In this document: positions 18,232-28,023 of the stretch, piece after piece
Layout of the letters: every line of letters starts with the position of its first letter
How positions within the stretch are numbered: position 1 is the stretch's first letter
Source: Acidobacteriota bacterium
Lineage (GTDB): Bacteria > Acidobacteriota > Thermoanaerobaculia > Thermoanaerobaculales > Sulfomarinibacteraceae
Assembly (NCBI GenBank): GCA_013152895.1
Contig: JAADFN010000047.1
Span: forward strand, 1,340 to 65,339
Length of the DNA stretch: 64,000 nt
Reading direction: 5' to 3'
Program-made: the position numbers and the translations under genes
The notes under the pieces: model-generated
What the model was told of the DNA's origin: nothing
The model's input: the letters and a program-made list of their open reading frames with translations, nothing else
The model's database searches: none

Positions 18232-20700
18232 TCAGGGCCCTGAACCGGCCGCAGAGAAGCCGGCCGGGCTCAGGCCGATCCGGACATCTTCGTGGACGAC
18301 CGAACATGTGCTCGTGCTCCCGTCCAGGGGAGCGCGCAAGGTGGCGCGCAGTGCGGCCAGCCACGGGACCTCCTCGATCAGCTGGGAAATCCTGCCGAGA
18401 AGCTCGGCGACGTCCTCACCGTCCCGGATGCCGGCGGCCGCCACGGTTTCCTCGATATCCTGGTCGGTCAAGGGTGTGATCCGGATAACCGGTCTCGTAC
18501 CCGGGACGAAAAGCTCGATCAGCGGTCCGAAGTACGGGTCCGGACGCACGGTGAGGGTGATGGACGGATCCTCCTTCTCGAAGCCGGCCACCGGGATGCC
18601 AAAGCTGGCGAGGATCGTGCGGGCACGTTCGCCCTGCACCCAGACCAGCCCGTCGCTCTGGCCGGCGTCCTCCAACGCCGCCTTGGCCTCGGCCCTGGCG
18701 GCCGCGGCATCCGTGCCCTCGTACCACGCCAGCATGCCGGCCTTCCGCCGGCGGAAGGCGGCGTACCGGACGGCCTTGCCCAGCGCCTTGGGCGCCGATT
18801 CGGGGAAGAGGTACGAGGGAAAGACGTACGCCGAACTGTCCCCCCGATCTGCGGGAACGGGCCGGAGAGCGCCCTGGAGCCCCATGAAGCAGAGGAGCGT
18901 AGGTTTGGGAAAACCGATGTTCTTTTCGGCCTCCACGTAGCCACGGTGGATGGCCCGTGCGATAGGCTCCCCGGCGCGTTCGCCGACGCAGACAAAGCTC
19001 ACGAGAAGGCTGTCGACCTCCTCGTTTTCGAGCGCCATCTTGACGGCGCCTTCGTAGGCTTCCGGGGTTGCCAGTGGGCCGAGATCGAGAATTCCTGGTC
19101 CCGAAATCTCGAGGCCCTGCGCCTCGCTCGCATCGGCGAAGAGGGTGGCAACGCCGCGCGAGTTGCAGACGATCGCGACCCGGTTGCCCCGGGGGAGAGG
19201 CTGATGCGTCAGCAGCACGGCTACGTCGAACATCTCGTCCAGCGTCTCGGCCCGGATGATCCCGGCCTGGCGGAAGAGAGCCTCGACTTCAAGCTCGCTG
19301 CCGAACGTGCCCCGGGTTCTGCCCGACGCGGCGACCTGCCCGGCGGCGCTGCGGGCGCTCTTGACGCAGAGGATCGGCTTGCGGTGGGCGAAGCGGCGTG
19401 CGATCCGGGCGAACTTGCGGGGGTTGCCGAAAGTCTCCAGGTACAGGAGAGCCATGTCGGTGTTGGGATCCTCTTCCCAGTACTGGAGGATATCGTTTCC
19501 GGAAACGTCGGCCCGGTTGCCGGCGGAGACAAAGCTGGAAAAGCCGATCCCGCGTGCGGCGGCGTGCTCGAGAATGACGAGTCCAAGCCCGCCGGAATGA
19601 GAGAAAAACCCGACCCGCCCACAGGGAGGCAGCTCCGGCGCCAGGCTGGCGTTCAGGTGAACTTCGGGGTCGGTGTTGATGATCCCCAGGCAGTTCGGCC
19701 CGACCAGCCGGATGCCGCGGCGCCGCACGAGCTCGACCAGTTGCTGCTGGCGTTGTGCACCCTCGGGACCCGTTTCCGCGAAGCCGGCGCTGACGATGAC
19801 CAGCCCCTTGGCCCCGGCGGCCGCCGCGCTTTCGGTGACGCCGGCGACGGCCTTCGCGGGCACGGCGACAACGACCAGGTCGACCGGCTCGGGGAGATCT
19901 TGGAGGGAGGGGTACGCGCGGACGCCATGGACCGACTCGGCGTGGTTGTTGACCGGGTAGACCGTTCCTTCGAAGCGCGCGTGGAGAATGTGCCGGAAGA
20001 TCATGTTCCCGATGCTGCTCGTCTCCCGGGAGGCGCCAACCACGGCGACCGTCCTCGGCCGCAGAAGCGGCATGAGAGAGTTGGCAGTCGCGATGCGTTC
20101 GCGGATCTCTCCCCGTTCCCGCAGGGCGCGGGGAGCGTCCACCGGGAACTCCACGTGGATGACCCCGCTGTCGGCGCCCTGGTGGAGGTCAAAGCCCGAT
20201 GAGCGGAAGACGTTGATCATCGCCCGGTTTTCCCAGAGCACTTCAGCCTCGAACTCCACGTATCCGAACGCGGCGGCGATGCCCGCCAGGCGTTCGAGGA
20301 TCAGGGTGCCGATGCCCCTCCCCTGGTACGAATCATCCACGAGGAACGAGACTTCGGCCGTGCGGCCGTCGCCGTACCCGACATAATCGCCAAGGCCGAT
20401 GACACGTTCGTTTTCTTCTTCTGCGGCGATGGCGAGCAGGCAACCGCGCTGGGTGAAGTCGCCGCTGCACATCTCCACGACCATCTCGTGGGGTACCTCG
20501 GAGATGGTGGCCATGAATCGCATCTGCAAGCTCTCGCGGGAAACCCGGCCCAGCAGGTCCTTGACCAGGGGAACGTCCTCGGGCGTGGCCGGCCGGAGCA
20601 GGACCCCCAGCCCATCCTTGAGCAGGACGTGCTCGCGGAACCCGGTGCCCTCGGTAATGATCCTAAACATCTTCGAACGCCCTTCCCCAAACGGTACCAT
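18232..20700 (-). CDS. GNAT acetyltransferase fused to an ADP-forming acyl-CoA synthetase-like region (Pat-type protein acetyltransferase candidate)
   Basis: An N-terminal GNAT domain (QGRGIGTLILERL...ENRAMINVFRSSGF), a CoA-binding domain (PRTVAVVGASRETSSIGN), a succinyl-CoA-ligase-like flavodoxin domain and an ATP-grasp-like C-terminus. The probable start is Met 20670. Confidence 0.85.
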   Translation of the reverse strand: MVPFGEGRSKMFRIITEGTGFREHVLLKDGLGVLLRPATPEDVPLVKDLLGRVSRESLQMRFMATISEVPHEMVVEMCSGDFTQRGCLLAIAAEEENERVIGLGDYVGYGDGRTAEVSFLVDDSYQGRGIGTLILERLAGIAAAFGYVEFEAEVLWENRAMINVFRSSGFDLHQGADSGVIHVEFPVDAPRALRERGEIRERIATANSLMPLLRPRTVAVVGASRETSSIGNMIFRHILHARFEGTVYPVNNHAESVHGVRAYPSLQDLPEPVDLVVVAVPAKAVAGVTESAAAAGAKGLVIVSAGFAETGPEGAQRQQQLVELVRRRGIRLVGPNCLGIINTDPEVHLNASLAPELPPCGRVGFFSHSGGLGLVILEHAAARGIGFSSFVSAGNRADVSGNDILQYWEEDPNTDMALLYLETFGNPRKFARIARRFAHRKPILCVKSARSAAGQVAASGRTRGTFGSELEVEALFRQAGIIRAETLDEMFDVAVLLTHQPLPRGNRVAIVCNSRGVATLFADASEAQGLEISGPGILDLGPLATPEAYEGAVKMALENEEVDSLLVSFVCVGERAGEPIARAIHRGYVEAEKNIGFPKPTLLCFMGLQGALRPVPADRGDSSAYVFPSYLFPESAPKALGKAVRYAAFRRRKAGMLAWYEGTDAAAARAEAKAALEDAGQSDGLVWVQGERARTILASFGIPVAGFEKEDPSITLTVRPDPYFGPLIELFVPGTRPVIRITPLTDQDIEETVAAAGIRDGEDVAELLGRISQLIEEVPWLAALRATLRAPLDGSTSTCSVVHEDVRIGLSPAGFSAAGSGP

Positions 20701-20811
20701 GGCCGCGTGGAAATCGACAAAAACGGGGGCGGGAACCGGAATCCGGTCCCGCCCCCCACTTCGTTCGATGGGATCACACGGAGCGACCCATCGACGCTGG
20801 ATGACGATGCA

Positions 20812-22831
20812 TCAGCTCATTTCGCGAATTTTCTTGACCACCTCCGGGTTGGCCAGGGTCGTGATGTCGCCGTCGGGTTGGCCATTGGCGATGGCCGAGA
20901 GCACCCGGCGCATGATCTTGCCCGACCGCGTCTTCGGCATGTCGGGGACGATCCAGACCCTCCCCGGCTTGGCGATGGGCCCGATCTGCTCGGCGAGGGC
21001 ATCCGACACCTTCTGTTGAACCTCGGCACTCGGTTCGATGCCGGGTTTCAGGGAGACGAAGATGTGTGGCACCTTGCCCTTGATCGGATCGGCGACCGGA
21101 ACCACCGCGGCCTCGCCGATCTCGGGAACGACGAGAGCGGCCGATTCGAGCTCCTTCGTTCCCAGCCGGTGGCCGGCGACATTGATGACGTCGTCGATGC
21201 GGCCGAGGATACGGAAGTAGCCGTCCGGCGCCTCCACCGCGCCGTCGCCGGCGAAGTACGGCCAGTCGTGCCAGTCGGTGCTGTTCTTGTCCTTGCAGTA
21301 CCGCTCGTAGTAGACCTTGACGAACCGCTCATCATCCCCCCAGACGGTCTGCATGAGCCCCGGCCACGGGTTCCGGATGATGATGTTCCCGGCCTTGTTG
21401 GATCCGGCGGGAAGAGGCTGGCTGTTGTCATCGAGGATCGCGGGATAGATGCCCGGAACACCGGGGCCGGCGGAGCCCGGCTTCATCCTGTGGATCGCCG
21501 GAACGGTGGAGCAGAGGAACCCGCCGGTTTCGGTCTGCCACCAGGTGTCGACGATGACGGCCTTCTTCTTGCCAACCACGTTGTAGTACCAGCGCCAGAC
21601 CTCGGGCTCGATCGGCTCGCCGACGGTGGTCATGTGCTTGAAGTGATAGTTGTACTTGGCGGGCTCGTCCGGCCCAACGCGGCGCAGGGCCCGGATGGCG
21701 GTTGGCGAGGTGTGGAAGATGTTGACGTCGAGCTCCTCCGCCACGCGCCACGGGCGGCCGGCGTCAGGATACGTTGGAACGCCCTCGAAGATCACCGAGG
21801 AGGCGGCCAGGGAGAGCGGACCGTAGACGATGTAGGAATGGCCGGTGATCCAGCCGATATCGGCCATGCACCAGTACACGTCCTCGGGATGGATGTCCTG
21901 GATGTACTTGGAGGTGCCCGTCACGTAGGCCATGTACCCACCGGTGGAGTGCTGGGCGCCCTTCGGCTTGCCCGTGGTTCCGGAGGTGTACATCAGGAAG
22001 AGAATGTCCTCCGAAAGCATCTTCTCGGGCTCCACCTTGACGCCGCGGTACTGCGGCAGAAGATCGTTGACGATGAAGTCGCGTCCCTCGACCAGGGGCG
22101 TCTTGGCGGAGTACTTGCCGGGATAACGCTCCCAGATCAGCACCTTGTCGACCTTCTGGCCGTCCTTCTCAGCCTCGGCAACGGCGATCTCGACCTTCTC
22201 CTTGTGGTCGAGGAGCTTGCCGCTACGGTAGTAGCTGTCCGCGGTGATCAGCACGTGGCTGCCCGAGTCGACGATCCGGTCGGCGCACGCCTTGCCGGAA
22301 AAGCCCGAGAACACCTGGGAGTGGATGATCCCCAGGCGCGCGCACGCCAGCATGGTAACCGGGAGCTCCGCGATCATTGGCATGTGGAGGGTCACGCGGT
22401 CGCCGCGCTTGAGGCCGCAGAAGTCACGCAGGAGAGCTGCAAACTCGTTGACCTTGACGTACAGCTCCTTGCTCGATCGCCTCGTTCTCGGGCTCGGGCA
22501 CGAAGTGCAGCGCGGCCTTGTTCTTGTACTTCGGAAGGTGGCGATCGACGCAGTTGTAACAGGCGTTGAGCTTGCCACCGGCGAACCACTTCCAGAACGG
22601 CGGCCTGCTCGTGTCGAGCGTGGTGTGCCAGTACTCGTACCAGTCGAGCATGTCTGCATACTCTTTGAAGCAGTTGGGGAAGTTCTCCTCCCCGAACCGC
22701 TCGAGCACGTCCTCGTCCGTCAGGTTGGCCTGAGCGATGAACGAGGTTGGAGGAGCATAGGTCTCCTCTTCTTTCCAATGGACGGCGATCTGTGCCTCTG
22801 TGACATTCTCGCCGCTCTTGTCGTCAGGCAT
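20812..22831 (-). pseudogene. acs: acetyl-CoA synthetase (AMP-forming), reading frame interrupted near 22471
   Basis: The N-terminal 120 aa lie in ORF 22424..22831 (WFAGGKLNACYNCVDRHL...ALHFVPEPENEAIE). The rest lies in ORF 20812..22659 from KELYVKVNEFAALL onward (YTSGTTGKPKG, TWWQTETGG, GRIDDVINVAGHRLGT, KTRSGKIMRR). The 2020-nt span is not a multiple of 3. Confidence 0.85.
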
Positions 22832-22852
22832 GTCGTTGCTCCTTTCTGAGTC

Positions 22853-24268
22853 TTAGAATTTGTAGAGGGCGCTGAGAGCGATCTGGTTGCCCTTGGTCTG
22901 CGTGGAGTCGGGGCCGGTCTCGAGCTTGTCGTGGAGCCACTCGATGCCGAACCAGTAGGGTCCGACGGCATAGCGCAGATGCAGGTTGTACATCGTGTTC
23001 TTCACGCGGCCGTTGTTACCGACCCAGGTCAGGACGTCGGTGTCGTTCGGGTTGTCCATGCCGTAGAACCCGTAGAGGCTCCAGTGCTCGGTCAGGTCAT
23101 ACCCGAGCTGCATCCAGCCGCCCGTCGTCGAGATGTCCCCGAACTGGGTGATGGCTGCAAACTGCTGCCCGATGCCCTTGCCGTGGTAGAGATTCCCGTG
23201 GATCAGGAACCGCCCGATCTTGATCTTGCCGCCGATCTCCGCCGCCGTCCCGGTGATCTTGTTGTCGATCGCCGGATTGGGATTGATGTTATTCACACCC
23301 TTGAGGTCTTTCTGGTCCCAGTGGCCCACGATGTAGAGCTTCCACGGATATCCCGCGGACGTCTTGCCGCTGAAGTTCAGCCGTGCCTCGACCTGGGGAT
23401 GGAAGCCAACGTTCGCGGCGCTCAAGGTCTTGATTGGGCTCCCAGGGCCGTTCCACGACCCCTCGAACACGCCCGCCTGGAACTGCACTTTCACCGGCGC
23501 GTCCTCGCTGCTGAGCCCCTGCCAGAGGTAGATGCCGGGGAAACGCCAGCCGACGTACCCGGCGCCTCCGTAACCCAGGGGAAACGCGATGTGCGACGTC
23601 GAAATCGGCCACTCACCAAACAGCGGGCTCCAGTCCTGGCCCATACGGATCTTCGTCTGTCCCTTGGTCAACTGGATATAACCCAGCCGCATGCGCAGGT
23701 GCGTTTGCTGGTGACTGAAGGGACCCCCCCCGTTGAACCCGCCGAAGAAGTCGGTTTCGATCAGTCCTCCAACGGTCCAACTCTGCAACTGCGGACCCTT
23801 GAAGCCGATGTCGAGCCGCGTGTTGCGAACATCACCCCCGCTGAACCAGCGGTTGTGCTCGTACTCCGGCGGCGCCGGGAATTCGGCGTCCTGCCCGTTT
23901 CCAAACACAAAATTCTGGTCCTGCATGTAAAAGGACGAGCTGATGAACCCTTTGATGAAAATACTTTCCTTGCCGAGCGGCTTCACACGCGATTCAACCT
24001 TCAACGCCTTCGGCAACCGCTCGATCTTCTTCCCCTGCGCTGCCTGTGTTTTCGTCAACCCGGCCACAGCCGCTGAAAGCTGCTGGAGCTGCTGCTCCAA
24101 CCGCTGATTCGCCGCGCGCTGCTGAGCCAGCTGTTGCTGCAATGTCTGAATCTTCGTTTGTAAATCTGCCGCGCTACCCTGCTGGGCGAGCGCCGGACCG
24201 GCGAGCATTCCAAGAATGACCAACGTGGCCACAGCCAGGGGAAGAAATCCTCTCGATTGTTTTCCCAT
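22853..24268 (-). CDS. outer-membrane porin with an N-terminal coiled coil (DcaP-like, tentative)
   Basis: A signal peptide (LPLAVATLVILGMLAGPALAQQ), a Q/L-rich coiled coil, alternating beta-strand pattern and a C-terminal ...LSALYKF. The SD GAAAGGAAAGG precedes ATG 24268. Confidence 0.65.
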   Translation of the reverse strand: MGKQSRGFLPLAVATLVILGMLAGPALAQQGSAADLQTKIQTLQQQLAQQRAANQRLEQQLQQLSAAVAGLTKTQAAQGKKIERLPKALKVESRVKPLGKESIFIKGFISSSFYMQDQNFVFGNGQDAEFPAPPEYEHNRWFSGGDVRNTRLDIGFKGPQLQSWTVGGLIETDFFGGFNGGGPFSHQQTHLRMRLGYIQLTKGQTKIRMGQDWSPLFGEWPISTSHIAFPLGYGGAGYVGWRFPGIYLWQGLSSEDAPVKVQFQAGVFEGSWNGPGSPIKTLSAANVGFHPQVEARLNFSGKTSAGYPWKLYIVGHWDQKDLKGVNNINPNPAIDNKITGTAAEIGGKIKIGRFLIHGNLYHGKGIGQQFAAITQFGDISTTGGWMQLGYDLTEHWSLYGFYGMDNPNDTDVLTWVGNNGRVKNTMYNLHLRYAVGPYWFGIEWLHDKLETGPDSTQTKGNQIALSALYKF

Positions 24269-24356
24269 GGGACCTTTCCTTTCTATTCCTGTGGCGAGGG
24301 GCCATGCCTCGGTACGTGGAGCGCTGGGGCGTGATCCGCTCGTCACGTCGTTTGAC

Positions 24357-24944
24357 TCAACCGATCGGCATGACCGTCTTGCCATAAATCTCGTTCAAGA
24401 CCTCTGCGAGGCCGACGTAGACGGCGGAGAAGCCGCAGAACATGCCTTCCCAACCGGCGACCGCGGTGATCGTGGCACTGCCCGTGGCTTCACCGATGGC
24501 GAGGAGCCAGAAGAGGATGAACAGCGTGAAGAACACGACCTGGAGTCCCCTGTTGAGCTTGAGAGTGGCGATCCACATGACGAAGGTAAAGAGCCCCCAC
24601 ATGAACAGGTAGGCCACCATTCCACCCTTGGAGGCGCTGGTGAACCAGCCCCAACCTCCCTTGCCCATGAGGATGAGGAAAACCAGGGTTTCCCAGAAAA
24701 GACCGTAGGAAAGGAACGCGGTCAAGCCGAAGGTGTTGCCCTTCTTCCACTCCATCCAGCCTGCGAAGATCTGTGCCATTCCGCCGTAGAACAGGCCCAT
24801 GGCGAGGATCCCCGTTCCAAGCACGATCAGGTGTGCGTTGTGGACATTCAAAAGAACCGTCGTCATGCCGAATCCGAGGAGCCCAAGGGGCGCCGGATTG
24901 GCGGATTGATCGGTTAGCGTCACAGATTGCGCCATATCGGTCAT
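24357..24944 (-). CDS. satP: GPR1/FUN34/YaaH-family acetate/succinate channel
   Basis: [11 protein letters not shown] signature and six TM helices. The SD GAGGAGG lies 8 nt before ATG 24944, so the longer track start at 24977 would include the SD. Confidence 0.85.
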   Translation of the reverse strand: MTDMAQSVTLTDQSANPAPLGLLGFGMTTVLLNVHNAHLIVLGTGILAMGLFYGGMAQIFAGWMEWKKGNTFGLTAFLSYGLFWETLVFLILMGKGGWGWFTSASKGGMVAYLFMWGLFTFVMWIATLKLNRGLQVVFFTLFILFWLLAIGEATGSATITAVAGWEGMFCGFSAVYVGLAEVLNEIYGKTVMPIG

Positions 24945-25299
24945 GATCGAAACCTCCTCTATAACATCATTGAGCAATCATCAAAAAAAGACACATTGCG
25001 TCGTGGGATGGCGCCTTCCGTTACGGGAATCCATGGGTGTGCCACAGAGAGAGCCAAAGCCGGCGGGACCCTGGGAAAGGTGCTTGCGTGGCCGTCGCCG
25101 TTTCCTCCCTCCGATTGCTGCGATCATCTGCCATGAGCGGACGACCTCTTTCAACTGGTAAAAGTAACCTGGGTACACCGTACTGCGTGATTTCTGCCTT
25201 GTCAAGTGGCCCTGTGGTCCGGGCAAAGAGGTTGGCTTCAGGCCGCCGGCCGCCCGGTGGGCTGCTGGTCGCGGGGTCGCCAATGGGTACAATGGGGCG

Positions 25300-25545
25300 A
25301 TGGGATTGGAAAACCGGGCCATGCGGGTGGACACGCATGTGCGGCGGGTAGCGCGGCGGCTTGGATTGACGCGCCATGACAATGCTGTGAAGATCGCACA
25401 GGATCTGGAAGCACGGATTCCGCGGGAGGAGTGGGTGGATTTTTCGCTTCGGATGGTTCTCTTTGGGAGGCGGGTCTGCACAGCGTGGAAGCCGCGGTGC
25501 GCCGGCTGCGCCCTGCGAGAGCCCTGTCAACGGGTGGACGCCTGA
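25300..25545 (+). pseudogene. nth: endonuclease III (Nth) C-terminal remnant
   Basis: Only the last approximately 80 aa are encoded (VDTHVRRVARRLGL...FGRRVCTAWKPRCAGCALREPC, the Fe-S cluster loop). A degenerate HhH-like stretch (AAGRGVANGYNGAMG) continues in frame back to the stop at 25165. The remaining upstream space is too short for the missing N-terminal approximately 90-130 aa. Confidence 0.65.
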
Positions 25546-26108
25546 TGCGAGTGGCGGTTGGCACCGTGCGGCGTGCAAAGGTCGAGGCCGTGCGCCTGGC
25601 ATGTGAGCGGCTCGCAGGAATCGGCGTCTTTGCGAAGGATGGAGCCGATGTGATTCCGGTTGACGTGCCGAGCGGCGTGGCGGCGATGCCGATGAGCGAG
25701 GAGGAGGGAATTGCCGGGGCCCGGAACCGGGCACGGCGCTGCTGGGAAGCCCTTGATGTCGACGTGGCCTTGGGACTCGAAGGCGGCGTTGTCGTGATAC
25801 AGCATGACCCTGCGATCGTCATCTTGCGGAACTGGGCCGTTGCGTGGAATGGGAGGACCGAGTGGATCGGGAGCGGCCCAGGCATCCAGCTCCCCGCCAG
25901 GCTTGCCAACGCCGTTCTGGATGGGATCGAGCTTGGCGACGCCATCGACGTGTTTGCCGGAGAACGTGACATCAGGTCGGGACGCGGGACGTTCGGGGTC
26001 CTGACGGTAGATGTGTTGGATCGTTCAAGCGCCTTTGCCGATGCGGTGGTCGCCGCGTTGGCACCGTGGTACAACCCACTCGTGCTCGATGAGGAGGCTC
26101 GACGATGA
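25545..26108 (+). CDS. inosine/xanthosine triphosphatase-like NTPase (YjjX/DUF84 family)
   Basis: [16 protein letters not shown]...[23 protein letters not shown]...LGLEGG. The start ATG overlaps the nth-remnant TGA (TGATG). Confidence 0.7.
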   Translation: MRVAVGTVRRAKVEAVRLACERLAGIGVFAKDGADVIPVDVPSGVAAMPMSEEEGIAGARNRARRCWEALDVDVALGLEGGVVVIQHDPAIVILRNWAVAWNGRTEWIGSGPGIQLPARLANAVLDGIELGDAIDVFAGERDIRSGRGTFGVLTVDVLDRSSAFADAVVAALAPWYNPLVLDEEARR

Positions 26109-26722
26109 GTTTTTTGCGTCCCGGCGCCGGTTGGATCGAAGTCATCACCGGGCCGATGTTCTCTGGAAAATCGGAAGAGCTGATCCGGAGATTGCGGCGT
26201 GCGGCCATCGCGCGGCTCCGTCTCCAGGTTTTCAAGCCGGTCGTCGATGACCGGTTCAGCGTCGACGAGGTGGTTTCCCATTCGCACTGGCGGGTTCCAT
26301 CCGAACCGGTCAAGACGTCCGAGGAGATTCTCGAACGTATCGATCCAAGAACCGAGGTGGTCGGCATCGACGAGGCGCAGTTCTTCGACGGCGAGCTTCC
26401 TCGCGTCTGCTCCCACCTGGCGGATCTCGGCAAGAGGGTGATCGTGGCCGGGCTCGACACCGATTACCGTGGCGTGCCGTTCGGTCCCATGCCGGAGCTT
26501 CTCGCGGTCGCGGAGCAGGTTCAGAAAGTCACCGCCATCTGCGCACGCTGCGGGGCGCCGGCAAGCTTTACGCAACGACTCTTTCCGTCCGATGAACGGG
26601 TTGTCGTGGGGGCCGGGGATCTCTACGAGGCGCGGTGTCGGCGTTGTCACGAGCCGGATGGGCCGGTTCATATCGATGAAAGATGGCTCTTCACGCCCGA
26701 GGGGAGCCAGGAGTCATGTTGA
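26105..26722 (+). CDS. tdk: thymidine kinase
   Basis: A P-loop ([14 protein letters not shown]), DEAQFF, and a C-terminal zinc ribbon (CARCG...CRRCH). Confidence 0.9.
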   Translation: MSFLRPGAGWIEVITGPMFSGKSEELIRRLRRAAIARLRLQVFKPVVDDRFSVDEVVSHSHWRVPSEPVKTSEEILERIDPRTEVVGIDEAQFFDGELPRVCSHLADLGKRVIVAGLDTDYRGVPFGPMPELLAVAEQVQKVTAICARCGAPASFTQRLFPSDERVVVGAGDLYEARCRRCHEPDGPVHIDERWLFTPEGSQESC

Positions 26723-26749
26723 ATTTCTCAATGGATGGCGGCCGCATGG

Positions 26750-26777
26750 TTGACAAGCATGTGAAATTATGTACATA
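26750..26777 (+). promoter_or_regulatory. putative sigma-70 promoter of the 11-heme cytochrome/cytochrome b pair
   Basis: TTGACA (26750-26755), 16 nt, TACATA (26772-26777), followed by the SD GGTGGAGGAGG and ATG 26797. Confidence 0.45.
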
Positions 26778-26796
26778 TGCAGGGTGGAGGAGGCCG

Positions 26797-28023
26797 ATGA
26801 GAAAATCCGCAGCTGTAGCGGTCGTATTCCTTGCCGTTTCCGGAGTGGCTCTGGGACAGTCGCTGAACTGTTCCCAATGCCATTCCGATCCCCAGGCGCT
26901 TGCAGCCGCCGGCCAAGCCATTGGCAAGACGTTCACCAAGACGCAGGTCAACGCGATGATCATCCACCTCGAGGGATGCCCGACCCACATGGACCTCACG
27001 TGCATCTCCTGCCACGCCGACATTGACAGGTTCCCGCATCCGCAGGAAACGCATCTGGCCAACCCGTGCGTCGCCTGTCACCCGGACGTTGCCAAACAGA
27101 TGAATCACTCGGTACACCGGGACCCTCTTGGGGGAACGAGCTATGTGCTCCAGTGCTGGGACTGCCACGGGGCCCACCACATTTATCCTGCGAACGATCC
27201 GCGTTCGCCGATGTACCCGTACAACGTGAGCGGCGTGTGCCTGAAATGCCATAACCAGCAGAAGTACCTCAACGGTGTCCACGGCCAGGGGGTCGAGCTG
27301 GCGGGATTGACCGCGGCAGCGACGTGCATCTCCTGCCACGGGTACCACACGATCAAGTCTGTCAAGGCCGTGGGATCGCGGACCTCCCGGAGGCAGATTT
27401 CGTTTACCTGTGGCACGTGCCACGCGAAGATCGCCGAGGAGTACAGGAAGAGCGTTCACGGTGCGGCCCTGATGGCCACCGACAACCCGGACGTTCCAAC
27501 GTGCGTGGACTGCCACCAGGCTCACCAGACCGCTGATCCGCGGAGTCCGAAGTTCCGGGCTGAGAGCCCCAGGCTCTGTGGGAAGTGCCATGCGAACGCC
27601 AAGCTGATGAAGAAGTACGGGATCTCGACCGACGTCTTCCAGACCTACGTGACCGACTTCCATGGAACGACGGCTGAGCTTTTCGAGGACGTCACGCCGG
27701 ACCAGCCGTTCAACCAGGCGGTCTGCTACGACTGCCACGGATACCACGATGTGTCCAGGGTCACCGGCGTGGGCAAGAAGAAAATCGAGGAGAACCTGCT
27801 CAGGCGGTGTCGCCGTTGTCATCCGGGGGCGACGACGAAATTCCTGGGGGCATGGACGGGTCACTTCATTCCAAGTCCGACGAAATACCCGTGGATCTAC
27901 TACGTGAAGCTGTTCTACAGGGTCGCGATCCCGAGCATCATCGGGTTCTTCCTGCTCTTCATTGCCACCGACGTCTACCGGAGTTATCGACGACGTCATC
28001 GTGGCGGGGGAGGTGCGTCATGA
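26797..28023 (+). CDS. undecaheme c-type cytochrome with a C-terminal TM anchor
   Basis: A signal peptide (AAVAVVFLAVSGVALGQ), 11 CXXCH motifs, and a C-terminal helix (YPWIYYVKLFYRVAIPSIIGFFLLFIA). Clearly paralogous to the c-type units of the 1059-aa protein. Confidence 0.85.
   Translation: MRKSAAVAVVFLAVSGVALGQSLNCSQCHSDPQALAAAGQAIGKTFTKTQVNAMIIHLEGCPTHMDLTCISCHADIDRFPHPQETHLANPCVACHPDVAKQMNHSVHRDPLGGTSYVLQCWDCHGAHHIYPANDPRSPMYPYNVSGVCLKCHNQQKYLNGVHGQGVELAGLTAAATCISCHGYHTIKSVKAVGSRTSRRQISFTCGTCHAKIAEEYRKSVHGAALMATDNPDVPTCVDCHQAHQTADPRSPKFRAESPRLCGKCHANAKLMKKYGISTDVFQTYVTDFHGTTAELFEDVTPDQPFNQAVCYDCHGYHDVSRVTGVGKKKIEENLLRRCRRCHPGATTKFLGAWTGHFIPSPTKYPWIYYVKLFYRVAIPSIIGFFLLFIATDVYRSYRRRHRGGGGAS

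Noticed and set aside
16373-25300. The idea that the block between tRNA-Glu and the nth remnant is a tRNA-targeted genomic island.
   Set aside because: There is no integrase, transposase or phage gene. I could find no direct repeat of the tRNA 3' end near 24980-25300. Base composition and codon usage look like the rest of the window. The idea is kept only as a rearrangement hypothesis under the nth finding.
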